Both the position numbers and the translations under genes were made by a program. 64,000 nucleotides of DNA, from the NCBI RefSeq assembly GCF_009914755.1, contig NC_060932.1; one strand, given 5' to 3'. The stretch comes from the human T2T-CHM13v2.0 reference genome, Homo sapiens. Numbering within the stretch: the first letter of the stretch is position 1; each line of letters opens with the position of its first letter. Shown here piece after piece: positions 24,790-36,140 of the stretch. A model generated the notes under the pieces. The model made no database searches. It was not told where the DNA came from and worked only from the letters and a program-made list of their open reading frames with translations.

Positions 24790-25305
24790 TGTCAGTCCAC
24801 AGCCAGGCAGGAAAACAGGACCATGCCCGGTAGTTCAATGTGGGGAACTAATCAGAGTGGGGTGTGCAGAGTGGGAAGTGGGAAGTGAGACAACTCAGAG
24901 ATTCAAAATTGCAGGAAATCACATTATTCTTAAGGTTGTGACTAAGGGAGGAAAGTTTCTGACTGGAATCCGAGAGCTGTGCCACCTGCCAGGACCTGTA
25001 ATCTTGGAGGAGGAACCAGCCAGGGAGAACTAGAACCAAAGGCAGGGACACTGTCTGGGGGAAGCTGGACCACGGAGGAATTGCAGCCAGGTTGGGGAGT
25101 CACTCCCAAAGTGGAGAGTGGGAGAAATATCCTGACTTCTTCCCTTCTCTAACCTCCAGATTTCATGTCAGTGTTTTCCTCTGGGTGAAACTATGGAGAA
25201 ACTAGTGAGTGAGGGATGCCAAGAAGTGTGGTTTGCAGTGATCAGAGCAGAGGAAGGAAAGGGCAAGAACTGGCACTGAGAAAACAGGCAAATGGGCCTC
25301 CCAAC
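24790..25305 (-). mobile_element. Ancient ERVL LTR (LTR33/LTR41-like)
   Basis: 'ggagaaatatcctgacttcttccc...ctccagatttc...cagagcagaggaaggaaagggc' pattern; TG...CA ends. Confidence 0.5.
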
Positions 25306-25464
25306 AACTGCTTGTCCTTATTGTGAGGGCTTTTTAAAGAGTTAACTCACAGATGAGATTGGGACATTTGTGAAAATTGGCAGGATAGTCCTAGAAGCAT
25401 TGAACCAGCGATTTATGGGGTTGGGATAGCAACAGTAACTAGCACAGGCATGCTGTGCCACAGA

Positions 25465-25712
25465 GCAGAATGGCACATTAGAATGAACACAACGGTGGTA
25501 TCAGTCGGACCTGGATCCAAGTTTAGGCTCTTTCACTTCACTCGGGTGACTATGGGAAAGAAAGTCAACCACTGTGTATTCCAGTTTGTTTATCTTTATG
25601 ATGGAGAAACTGAAACCTTCCTTGGAGAGCTTTTGTGATATATTGATGATGCAGTGAACACAGCATCTTCAACTCTGTTTGTTGTGTATAGGTATTTAAT
25701 AAAGAGTAGCTC
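25465..25712 (+). mobile_element. MIR SINE
   Basis: 'ggacctggatccaagtttaggctc...gggtgactatggg...cagtttgtttatct'. Confidence 0.6.
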
Positions 25713-26046
25713 AGGCTTCAGCAGGGCTAACCTCCTATAACACTAACAAAAGGTGAATGCCATTTTGCATAATACTTGTACATGTCTCTGATTATTTTAT
25801 GGGATAAAATAATGCAGAGATGAGCAATTCTTCTATTCGTTTATGTTCTTAGTAGCACTATTTTATGAGTGACCACTTTTATACACTTGCATTAATTCTG
25901 AGTATTATCATTTCCAAATGCCTTCATGTTAACTGTTTTTTTTGGTGGGTCAGGTTCACGATCGCTGACTTGGACAAGTTAGTGTACAGGCAAAAACTGA
26001 GTAGAAGGTTACCTTGGCCATTGGTAATAATCAATTATAAGCATAT

Positions 26047-26508
26047 TGTGATAGTTAATATTGAGTGTCAACTTGATTGGATTGAAGGATACAAACTATT
26101 GATCCTGGGTGTGTCTGTGAGGGTGTTGCGGAAGGAGATTAACATTTGAGTCAGTGGGCTGGGAAAGGCAGACTCACCCTTAATCTGGGTGGGCACAGTC
26201 TAATCAGCTGCCAGTGTGGCTAGAATTTAAGCAGGCAGAAAAATGTGAAAAGGGAGACTGGCCTAGCCTCCTAGCCTACATCTTTCTCCCATGCTGGATG
26301 CTTCCTGCCCTCAAACATCAGACTCCAAATTCTTCAGTTTTGGAACTCAGACTGACTCTCCTTGCTCCTCAGCCTGCAGACGGCCCATTGTGGGGCCTTG
26401 TGATCATGTGAGTAAATACTTAATAAACTCATATATATATATACACACACACACACATACACATATATTCCATTATTTCTGTCCCTCTAGAGAACCCTGA
26501 CTAGGAAA
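26047..26508 (+). mobile_element. MLT2A1 (HERV-L) LTR acting as 5' LTR of a chimeric provirus
   Basis: TGTGATAGTTAATATTGAGTGTCAACTTGATTGGATTGAAGGA...GTCCCTCTAGAGAACCCTGACTA; internal (TA)(CA) tract. Confidence 0.92.
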
Positions 26509-28044
26509 GATTTGGGTACCAGGAGTCGGGTATTGCTGAAAAGATACCCAAAAATATGGAAATGACTTTAGAACTGGGTAGCAGGCAGAGGTTGGAACAG
26601 TTTGGAGTGCTCAGAAGAAGACAAGAAAATGTGGGAAAGTTTGGAACTCCCTAGAGACTTGTTGAATTGCTTTGACTAAAATGCTGATAATAATATGAAG
26701 AATGAAATCCAGACTAAGGTTGTCTCAGATGGAGATGAGGAACTTGTTGGGAACTGAAGCAAAGGTGACTTTTGTTATGTTTTAGCAAAGAGACTGGTGG
26801 CATTTTGTCCCTGCCCTAGAGATTTGTGGAATTTGGAACTTGAGGAAGATAATTTAGGGGATCTGGTGGAAGAAATTTCTAATCAGCAGAGCATTCAAGA
26901 GGTGACTTGCGTGCTGTTAAAGGCATTTAGTTTTATAAGGGAAGTGGAGCATAAAAATTTGGAGAATTGCAGCCTGACAATGTGATGGAAAAGAAAATCC
27001 CATTTTCTGAGGAGAAATCCAAGCCCGCTGCAGAAATTTGAATAAGTAATGAGAAATAATGGGAAAAATGTCCCCATGGCATGTCAGAGGTCTTGATGGC
27101 AGCCCCTCCCATCACAGGCCCTGGAGGCCTAGGAGGAGAAAGTTGTTTTGTGGGCCCCATGCTGTGTGCAGTCTAGGGATTTGGTGTCCTGTGTCCCAGC
27201 CATTCCAGCAATGACTAAAAGGGGCCAATGTAGAGCTTGGGCTGTGGCTTCAGAGGGTGTAAGCCCCAAACTTTGGCAGCTTCCACGTAGTGTTGAGCCT
27301 GTGAGTGCACAGAGGTCAAGAATTAGGATTTGGGAACCTCCACCTAGATTTCAGAAGATGTATGGAAATGCCTGGATGCCCAGGCAGAAGTTTGCCACAG
27401 GGGCGGGGCTCTCATGGAGAACCTCTGCTAGGGCAGTGCAAAAGGGAAATGTGGGGTCAGAGCCCCCACACAGAGTCCCCACTGCAACACCGCCTAGTGG
27501 AGCCGTGAGAAGAGGGCCATCATCTTCCAGTCCCCAGAATGGTAGATCCACTGACAGCTTGCACCATGTGCCTGGAAAAGCCACAGACAACACCAGCCCA
27601 TGAAAGCAGCTGGGAGGGAGGCTGCACCCTGGAGAGCCAAGGGGGTGGAGCTGTCCAAGACCATGTAACCCACCTCTTGCATCAGTGTGACCCAGATGCA
27701 AGACATAGAGTCAAAGGAGATCATTTTGGAGCTTTAAGATTTGACTGCCCTGCTGGATTTTGGACTCGCATGGGGCCTGTAACCCCTTTGTTTTGGTCAA
27801 TTTCTCCCATTTGGAATGGCTATATTTACCCAAAGCCTGTACCCCATTGTATTTAGGAAGTGCCTAACTTGCTTTTGATTTTACAGGCTCATAGGTGGAA
27901 GTGACTTACCTTGTCTCAGATGAGACGTTGGACTGTGGACTTTGAGTTAATGCTGAAATGAGTTAAGACTTTGGGGTACTGTTGCTAAGGCATGATTGGT
28001 TTTGTAATGTCAGGACATGAGATTTGGGAGGGGCTGGGGTGGAA
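26509..28044 (+). mobile_element. THE1 (MaLR) internal region
   Basis: 'gctgaaaagatacccaaaaat...gaactggg...ggcagaggttggaacagtttggag'; ends in polypurine tract GGGAGGGGCTGGGGTGGAA (28026-28044). Confidence 0.92.
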
Positions 28045-28406
28045 TGATGGTTTGGCTGTGTCCCCACCCAAGTCTCATATTGAATTGTAACTCCCACAAT
28101 TCCCACATGTCATGGAAGGAACCTGGTGGGAGGTGATTGAATTATGGGGATGGGTCTTTCCTGTGCTGTTCTTGTGATAGTGAATGAGTCTCATGAGATC
28201 TGATGGTTTTAAAAATGGTAGTTTCCCTGCACAAACTCTCTCTCTCTTTGCCTGCTGCCATTCATGTAAGACATGACTTGCCTTCTGCCATGATTGTGAG
28301 GCTTTCCCAGCCACGTGAAACTGTAAGTCCAATTAAACCTCTTTCTTTTGTAAATTGCCCAGTCTCAGGTATGTCTTTACCAGCAGTGTGAAAACAGACT
28401 AATAGA
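28045..28406 (+). mobile_element. THE1 (C/D-like) 3' LTR
   Basis: TGATGGTTTGGCTGTGTCCCCACCCAA...GTGTGAAAACAGACTAATAGA. Confidence 0.92.
28134..28144 (-). promoter_or_regulatory. DUX4-type double-homeodomain motif TAATTCAATCA in the THE1 LTR
   Basis: TGATTGAATTA on + is an exact match to TAAYYYAATCA; THE1 LTRs are established DUX4 targets; activity at this copy unknown. Confidence 0.5.
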
Positions 28407-28524
28407 TATATGTAGTGTCTGGAGTAAAATATAGGCCATTCATTTAATCATTTATTATATTAATATTTTTGAAGTCTCTCCCAAGTGTGAAGTACTTGTC
28501 TTAATACTACCTTCTTGAAAGAAT

Positions 28525-28765
28525 AATAATAATAGTTATTGCTTCTCTAGTGTTTATTATGTCCTGGGCACTGTCCTTAGTGGTTTAAAATATTAACTCA
28601 TCACAATCATCCAGTGATATAGTTTCCATTATTACTGTCCTTTTACAGATAAAGAAACAAGGTCCATAGAGGTAAAATAACTTGCTGAAGGTTATGCAGT
28701 TAGGAAGTGACCAAGCCAACATTCAAACTCAGGCAGTGTGGCTCAAGAACCAGTGCCTTTGTTCT
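28525..28765 (-). mobile_element. MIR SINE
   Basis: 'ttttacagataaagaaacaagg...gaggtaaaataacttgctgaaggtt...attcaaactcaggcagt'. Confidence 0.8.
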
Positions 28766-28872
28766 GTATACTCATCCTCTCAGAAACTTACCTTAGGAGT
28801 AGTCTAAATTCTATTTTCCTCTCACTCTATTCCTCATCTCCTCTGATGCCATTTTTGCAGGTGCTTCTTTCT

Positions 28873-29013
28873 TTAACTCATTTCAGCATTAACTCAAAGT
28901 CCACAGTCCAACGTCTTGTCTGAGACAAGGCAAGTCACTTCCACCTATGAGACTGTAAAATCAAAAGCAAGTTAGTTACTTCCTAGATACAATGGGGTAC
29001 AGGCTTTGGGTAA
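28873..29013 (-). repeat. 141-bp inverted copy of THE1-internal segment 27826-27966
   Basis: Reverse complement aligns ungapped to 27826-27966 with about 7 mismatches. Confidence 0.9.
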
Positions 29014-30959
29014 GTTATGGAAATAGTTTAAATCAATAGAGATAATTCACAATTTAAGTGAACTCTGCAAATTATACACATGATAAAATCCTACATCATC
29101 AGATTTATGGGTGAAACATAGAGTCAGTGGAGAGGAACAGGAGCGTACATATGGGACAATCTTCATTTCCTGCAGAGTTACAGCTTTATTTCTGGGCTCT
29201 TTGTTAATCTGTCATCTATGAAAAATTTTAATCTATGTTCATGATGTCGGCATCATTGTCATCTCTACTGAGTTCATGCTCAATATTATTTCCCATATTT
29301 TTCCATCACTCCAGGGGTGCACAATGGTGTTAGTGTTCAGCACTTCTGTGTCAACTTCTAATTTACTTACATGTGTGGCTGATGAAATTTTAGTGTCACC
29401 CATGAGGTGACACGGTTTGGCTTGATCCTGTACTCACTGTTGATGAAACCTTCAAATTCTTTATCTGCAGGTTCTTTCTCAAACTTCTCTGTAGTCCAAA
29501 GCCTGTGACAAGGCATGTGTAAATGTTGATGTATTAATATTGTGCCCAGCATTAGCTGCTATAGAAATGGCCTCCTCAACTCTTTTAGCATGTCTGAGAT
29601 TCCCAGGCTTCTGTTAATTACAGCAAACATACAGCTACAGGAAAAAAAAAAAAGTAGAGAGGAGTCTACAGTTGCCCTCCATGGAGTGTAAAATTTCTTG
29701 GCCCACAAGGCTGTGTTATAGATATAACATTGAGGGGCACACTAAATGCTAAAACATTATTTTCCCCAATAAGTTTAGGAAGAGAATGTGTGGATCAATG
29801 ATCTGGGACAATAAAACTACGTTTTTTTTCCAGTCCAGGTTGCCAGCAATGAACTTAAGCCATGGGGCAAAAGCAGGTATTGAATCAGTCAGAAAGTTTT
29901 TATCTGTTCACTCAAACTTTCTTGTCTGCATAGCGACAATAGGTGAGTTTTGTACATCATTTAAATATCTCAGATGTTTGCTCTTCCCAGTCAGTCAACC
30001 TAATTTTTCCTGTAGAATTGACACATCTGAAAACACTCGCTCTGGCTCTGTGTCCTTAAAACTTGCTGGAATTCTCTTGTCAGTCATTGCTGAGGTTTTC
30101 CTAGAAACATTGATCGCACCAGTATAGAGCTGTTTCATCAGGATTTGCAAATTTGTTCAGGATTAAGGTTTTTACCACACATGATCCTAGCAAATTTATA
30201 CATGTAATTCTCAGCTGCTTCATGATCAAGAGAAGCCTTTTCACCACATATTTTCAAATATTTTACCCCATGATACTTGTGAAGCTTCCGCAGTCAACTT
30301 TCTGAATATTTATATTCACCTTCAATGTTCACTCCCTCATGGAATAGCCTAGCTGGTTACATGATTAGTAAATAATTCAGTGACACACATCTTTTTTTAT
30401 TGTTTTCAAATCTAATAAACACAAAACCAAGATCTTTGTATTTTCCCCAATGTAAGATTTCACTAATTTTTTTCTAGCTCTTGGTTGTCATTGTTGCTGT
30501 AAAACATCAACAAATCGTCTTTTAGTTTTAAAAAATTGTATATGGTAGAGGTTCCTGCATTATATTGTAGTGGATACCTCACATATACACCATTACTTCT
30601 GCAAAAGCTCCCCTTTCTTTGTTATCGACCAAAATAACACTTCTTCACAAAAATAACACTTCTTCCTTTTTGGTCTCTATTATTGGTAGAGTTATCTTGG
30701 CTTTTGTTGTTTGACATTTTCAGAGTGCAGTTAAAAGCTGCAAAACTCCCACAATACATCAAACACATCAGCTAGCAACAAAGGCACATGCAACTCATAG
30801 AAGTACTGAGATAAAACTGGCATCAAATGTCAGTTCTGGTCTTGTTTTGTCACCATATTAGTTTTGTCACCAAACTTGCAAACAGCAACAATACCAACAC
30901 CACTTAGTTTTCAGGTATTTTTGGATTCTGGAATTGTGAACAGAGGATTATAGGTCATG
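29014..30959 (-). mobile_element. Ancient Tigger/pogo (TcMar) DNA transposon, near full length
   Basis: TIR-like end at ~30905-30959 (minus: ...CTATAATCCTCTGTTCACAATTCCAGAATCCAAAAATACCTGAAAAC) and transposase remnants inside; other end not recognised. Confidence 0.8.
29300..30717 (-). pseudogene. Decayed JRK/JRKL/TIGD-like transposase (CENP-B HTH + DDE_1)
   Basis: Manual translation: MSNNKSQ..., GTSTIYNFLKLKDDLLMFY, ARLFHEGVNIEGEYKYSES*LRKLHKYHGVKYLKICGEKASLDHEAAEN, NPDETALYW, VPLNVISITQPC, EPADKEFEGF; stops and frameshifts present. Confidence 0.8.
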
Positions 30960-31029
30960 GTTTCATTTGACGAATGTAGAAATTGAGGATTGGCAAGATT
31001 ATCTGGTTTGGATATTTCTAGGAATTCCT

Positions 31030-31240
31030 CATTACAGTTCAGTTTTGAAGTTAGACAGACTGAATTTTGAATGATACACTTACACACTTCATTAAGCTTT
31101 GTGATTTGGGCACATTGTTCACACTTTATGTGCCTATTTCTTCAACAGTAAAATGGAAATGCTAATTCTTACCTTGAGAATTACCAAAAGTATTGAATCA
31201 CATAACATATTTCAGTGCATAATCTGATTATTAACAGACG
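31030..31240 (+). mobile_element. MIR SINE
   Basis: 'gaagttagacagactgaattttgaat...tgtgatttgggca...gtaaaatggaaat'. Confidence 0.65.
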
Positions 31241-31749
31241 TAATGCTCTCTTTGCTCAGAACTGTTCTTCCATATTCAGGAATCAATGAGAACTTATACA
31301 CTAACTAGAAGGATGAAATCAGGCGAGTAGCTGAATGGACTTTTAACATCTCCTATTGGATATCATAGTTTCAGAAGTCAAGCCTTTCTTTTGAGGAAGT
31401 CAGGCTTTTGGAGAGAGTTGTAGTTTTCTTCTAGGATAAAACCCTATCTTTGATTATCGAAAGCCAAACAGCAGAGACGACTAATCTATAAAGCATATAT
31501 TTTATTCCATAGGTAACAGCATGTTATGAAGGGAGGATGGTAGAAGAACATTTTCTCCCTAAAGCCATAATAAATAACCCCAAAGAATATCCCCCCCCCC
31601 CACCAAAAGCAAAAGACTTGAGCAATGGTGAACATTTCTGAGAGGACTTTGAGTCTCATTCCTGGGCTGAATCTATTTGTACTGGGGGGAAAGGAAATTG
31701 AAACTTAGGATAGTTTTGGGGGACTTGGGAACAGATGGACCTTGTGTGT

Positions 31750-32343
31750 GAACTGTCATGATGCAGAAAACCCAAAAAGTTATTGAGAACTTTGTATCAG
31801 CAAAAACATCACCAGCTTGTACTGAAATAGAGTACTACCTAAGACAGTTGGCCTTCAAAATTCTACTGGCTGGAAACAAGCTGATAAAATGACTCAGCTA
31901 TAAGCAGGTGCTCTCTTTTATGGAAAACTAAAGACCTCTGAGAAGATGGAGCTTGAAGCCCAGAGGGGCAGGCTTGAATGCCGAGAGTAGAGCCAAGATC
32001 CCAGAGGGAGGAGCCACAAGACTCAGAAAATGCTTCACAGGCTTTGAAACCTGTTGGAGTTAGCCTGGCTGGAATTCAAAGTTGTTTGACTTCTTTTTCC
32101 CTTCCATTTTCCCCTACTTTTATAAACAGTAATGTTTATAAATGTTATTTTGGCTTTCTCAGCATTGTATTTTGGGAACAGACAAGTTTCTTGAGTTTCA
32201 CAGATCCAAGAGCAGATTTGATTTAAATGAGATTTTGAACTTTGAGTTGATACTGTAATGGACTGAAGTTTTGGGTATCTTGGAATAAGGTGAATGCATT
32301 TTGCATGTGATATGGTTGTGAATCTTTTGGGCCAAAGGCAAAG
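31750..32343 (+). mobile_element. MLT1 internal-region 3' fragment
   Basis: MaLR-int-like 'gagattttgaactttgagttgatactgtaatggactgaag...tgaatgcattttgcatgtg' directly upstream of the LTR. Confidence 0.65.
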
Positions 32344-32826
32344 TGTAGTTAGGCTGAATAATGGGTCCTCAGAGATGTTCCCATCCTAATCCCTAGAACC
32401 AGAGAATTATTATCGTACGTGGCAGAAGGACATTGCAGATGTAATGGACACTCACGTTAAGAGATTATCTTATTGGGGTCAATCTAATCACATGGGTTCT
32501 TAAAGCAGAGATCATTTTCTGACCTTGCTCAGAAAAAGAGACGTGGTGATGGAAGCAGGGTTAGAGAGAGGTTACGCAGCTGGCTCGGAAGGTGAAGCAA
32601 GGGGGCTGCGGGCTAAGGAATGAAGACAGCCTCTAGAAGCGGGAGAAGGCAAGGAAGTAGATCTCCCCTAGAACATCCAGAAAGAAATGCAGCCCTGTCG
32701 ACACTTTGATTTTAGCCAGTAAGATCTATTTTTGACTTCTGACCTCCAGAACCGTAAGATAATAACTTTGTGTTAAGTCCCTAAACATATGGTAATTGGT
32801 TATGGCAGCAATAAAAAGCGAATGCC
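32344..32826 (+). mobile_element. MLT1D-type LTR
   Basis: 'ggctgaataatgg...cctaatccctagaacc...gcctctagaagc...acttctgacctccagaaccgtaagataataa'. Confidence 0.85.
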
Positions 32827-33279
32827 CCTGCAAAGGACATGAACTCATCCTTTTTTATGGCTGCATATTATTCCATGGTGTATATGTGCCACATTTTCTT
32901 TATCCAGTCTATCACTGATGGGCATTTGGGTTGTTTCCAAGTCGTTGCTATTGTGAACAATGCTGCAAAAAGCTTACGTGTGCAGGTGTCTTTAGCTGGA
33001 AACCATCATTCTTAGCAAACTAACACAAAAACAGAAAACCAAACACTGCATGTTCTCACTCATAAGTAGGAGCTGAACAATGAGAACACATGGACACAGG
33101 GAGGGGAACATTACCACACAGGGGCCTGTCAGCAGGTGGGGGCTAGGGGAGGGATAGCGTTAGGAGAAATACGTAATGTAGATGACGGGTTGGTGGGTGC
33201 AGCAAACCTATGTAACAAACCTGCACATTCTGCACATGTATCTCAGAACTTAAAGTATAATAATAAAAATAAAAAATAA
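32827..33279 (+). mobile_element. 5'-truncated, 5'-inverted L1PA (L1PA6-like)
   Basis: Antisense piece 32827-32994 then sense 3' end to the A-rich tail; 14-bp TSD AAAAAGCGAATGCC (32813-32826, 33280-33293). Confidence 0.93.
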
Positions 33280-34701
33280 AAAAAGCGAATGCCAGTCATA
33301 CCAGTGTATTTCTCATTGGGATCTTGCCCTTTGGAAAGCAGGTAAAAGCCATCACTAAAGATGTTTGGAATTGAGAGATTCCAATCAAAGACTCCATGGA
33401 ATAAGTATGATATGAGCTGGGCACAGGCATAACTGACAGAGGAGACTTTCTGGTGTAATCAAAGACACAGTGGTTTGGACAGATGTGCAGGGTGCAGGGA
33501 GGGAATCAGTGGTAACCTGGAGTGTTATCCATTAAAAGGGCCAGACACTTTCTGCCTGCTGCTTGGAGACCCTTTTAGTTACTGTGCCTCTGGGACTAGG
33601 AACTTCAAAATATGTTCCAGTCAGAGTTCTTAAATCACACTGCTCATTATCATTGCCCTTGGGAGGCTTGTTGATTTTCATGCACACAGTGAAGACTCTA
33701 TGAACTATTACTCCCTGAGATGTCATTCTTGGTCTTAGTTCCTTTGTCAACTTCTGAGTAACCTTGGGCAAATCATCGACCATCTCCGGAACTCCTGGGT
33801 TTAACTTTCTTCTTTAAAAGGATAGCAGAATCAATCTCCTTCTCTTCCCTTTTTATTTTTTATTTTTGCCACTCTTGCATTTTCCCCAATGTTCTACTTC
33901 CCAGCTCCTGAGAAAGTGAGATTATGATTTAGGAACTATCTATTAAAGGCTTTATACTTTTGTGTTGGTGATTCTCCAACTTATTTGGAAGGTAGTGCCT
34001 CCGAAAGGCATGACACTCTTTGAAGAACACCATTAAACACTGATATATTTAATTCCAGTATATGCAATAGGAACAGTTTTACTTCCAGACAATATGACAA
34101 TCTGTGTACAATTTAAAAACCACAGTCCTGAGTACACACGTCCATGAAAAGAACAAGCTGTTGGTCTAAACATGGTCAGCTGCATCTGAGTTTTCCTGGT
34201 AATATTTCTATGCTTATTCACTTATTTTGTCATCTGCCAGTACTTTAGGTAGCAGATGTCTAAAATCTAATAAAAATATATCTGGGAAGAAAACTTGAAA
34301 TAAAAAATTATGGTAGTAAATTATTTATTCTTCCTGAGAATTGAAAAAAATGAGCATTTTTTTTTTTTTTGGTTTCATGGCAGAACTTCTGGGTCAAGTA
34401 TTCAGAGACCTGGCATTCAGGAGACACATGTTTGGGAATTCTCATTACACTGAGTTCGTAATGAGATTCCTGAGTGGGAAAGGCCAATATCCTATTTCTC
34501 TCTGTGTTTCTGAATAAGTTTGAAATGTTACTGTCTCTCCTCACTATTTAATAATAGTTAATACTGAACACTCACTGTTTCTCAGATGCTGTGCTAATTT
34601 CTGAGTTCAGATTGGGATACTATTATTATTATCCCAGTCTTATAGAAGAGATAGTGAATCTCATAAAAATTATCTGCTCTAGATTACAGAGCTAGTATGG
34701 G

Positions 34702-35005
34702 GGCCAGGCACTGTGGCTCACACCTATAATCCCAGCACTTTGAGAGGCTAATGTAGGAGGATTGCTTGAAGCCAGGAGTTCAAGACCTGAGTAACATAGT
34801 GAGACTCCATCTCTACAAAAAAATGTTAGCTGGGCATGGTGGCACACGTTTATACTGCTGGCTACTGGGGATACTGAGGTGAAAGAAACACTTGAGCCCA
34901 GAAGTTCAAGGCTACAGTGAGCTATAATTGAGCCACTGTACTCCAGTCTGGGTGACAGAGCGAGATCCTCTGTCCAAAAAATAAAAATAAAAATAAAAAA
35001 ATAAA
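34702..35005 (+). mobile_element. AluJ inserted into an antisense MIR
   Basis: GGCCAGGCACTGTGGCTC...GGAGGATTGCTTGAAGCCAGG...(AAAAAT)n tail. Confidence 0.93.
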
Positions 35006-35020
35006 GAGGTAGCATTTAAA

Positions 35021-35381
35021 TGTATTAGTCTGTTCTCACACTGCTATAAAGATACTACATGAGACTGAGTAATTTATAAACAAAAGAGGCTTAATTGACT
35101 CACAGTTCCACATGGCTGAGGAGGCTTCAGGAAACTTAAAATCATGTCAGAAGATGAAGGGGAAGAAAGGCACGTCTTACATGGTGGAGAGAGAGAGCAA
35201 GGGGGAAAGTGCCATACTTTAAAACCATCAGATTTCACTACAACTCCCTCACTATCATGGGAACAGCAAGGAGAAAATCTGGCCCATGATCTAATCACCT
35301 GCCACCAAGTCCCTCCCTCAACATGTGGGGATTACAATTCGAGATGAGGTTTGGATGGGGACACAGAGCCAAACCATATCA
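35021..35381 (-). mobile_element. MSTA/THE1D-type MaLR solo LTR
   Basis: TGTATTAGTCTGTTCTCACACTGC...GACACAGAGCCAAACCATATCA. Confidence 0.9.
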
Positions 35382-35729
35382 GCAGGGGAGCCAAGATGCA
35401 AACCCCGGGCCTGATTCCAGAGCCCAATCCTAGAGCCTTGAACCCCTGCTCTCTACTCCCTACTTCTAAAGCTGTGTCTCATTTCTTCCCTCTTGGTGAA
35501 GCCTCTCCCTATGTCCATCCACGTCCACACCCCACCCCAGGTGCACTAACCTCTCCCAACCTGAGATGTGCCTGGTTTACCCTCTCTCTCCCCAGCCTAT
35601 ATGGCACCTCCTGTAGGTAACTCCACTGGCAGCTCCTGGACCATCAAGCACTGTATGACCCTATGGGTCACATTGTGAGCTGGAGAGCAGAGTGGAGTAG
35701 CAGAGAGAGAACCGACTTTGCCAAAGGGG

Positions 35730-36140
35730 GCCCCTCTTTCTCTTTGCCTGGTTGACTCAGTTTCAGTGCACATGTCAACTTTTCGGAGAGTCATTCTCAG
35801 ATCTTACCACCTGATAATGTCTCTTTCCCCACATACCACTCTGTTTCATTTCTCCCATAGCACATATGACTACCAGGAAGTTCTTACTTACTCATGTGTT
35901 GTCTGATTCTACTTCCCAAGAATGAAACCTCCCAGGGAACAAGGACCTAAGTGATCTTGCTCACATCTCTACCTTCAGTGCCTAGAGCAATAAGTGTCAT
36001 ATAAAATGTACTCAAGCATTTGTGGAAGAAATGCATGAATAAATATTCTAAAATGTTTTTGAAATGCTTTATTTATTAAATAAACATTGAGTATCTACTT
36101 TGTGCTGGGCATTCTAGGTGTCAGCAATACAGCTGTGAAC
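35730..36140. mobile_element. Two L2 3' ends tail-to-tail (+ then -)
   Basis: 'cagtgcctagagca...ctcaagcatttgtggaagaaatgcatgaat' then 'aaataaacattgagtatctactttgtgctgggc'. Confidence 0.65.

Noticed and set aside
26797-27856. ORFs of 105-151 aa
   Set aside because: Fragments of decayed THE1 internal sequence, not a host gene.
29300-30717. Possible functional domesticated TIGD/JRKL gene or its processed pseudogene
   Set aside because: Many stops and frameshifts, a TIR-like end and no poly-A tail: a decayed transposon.
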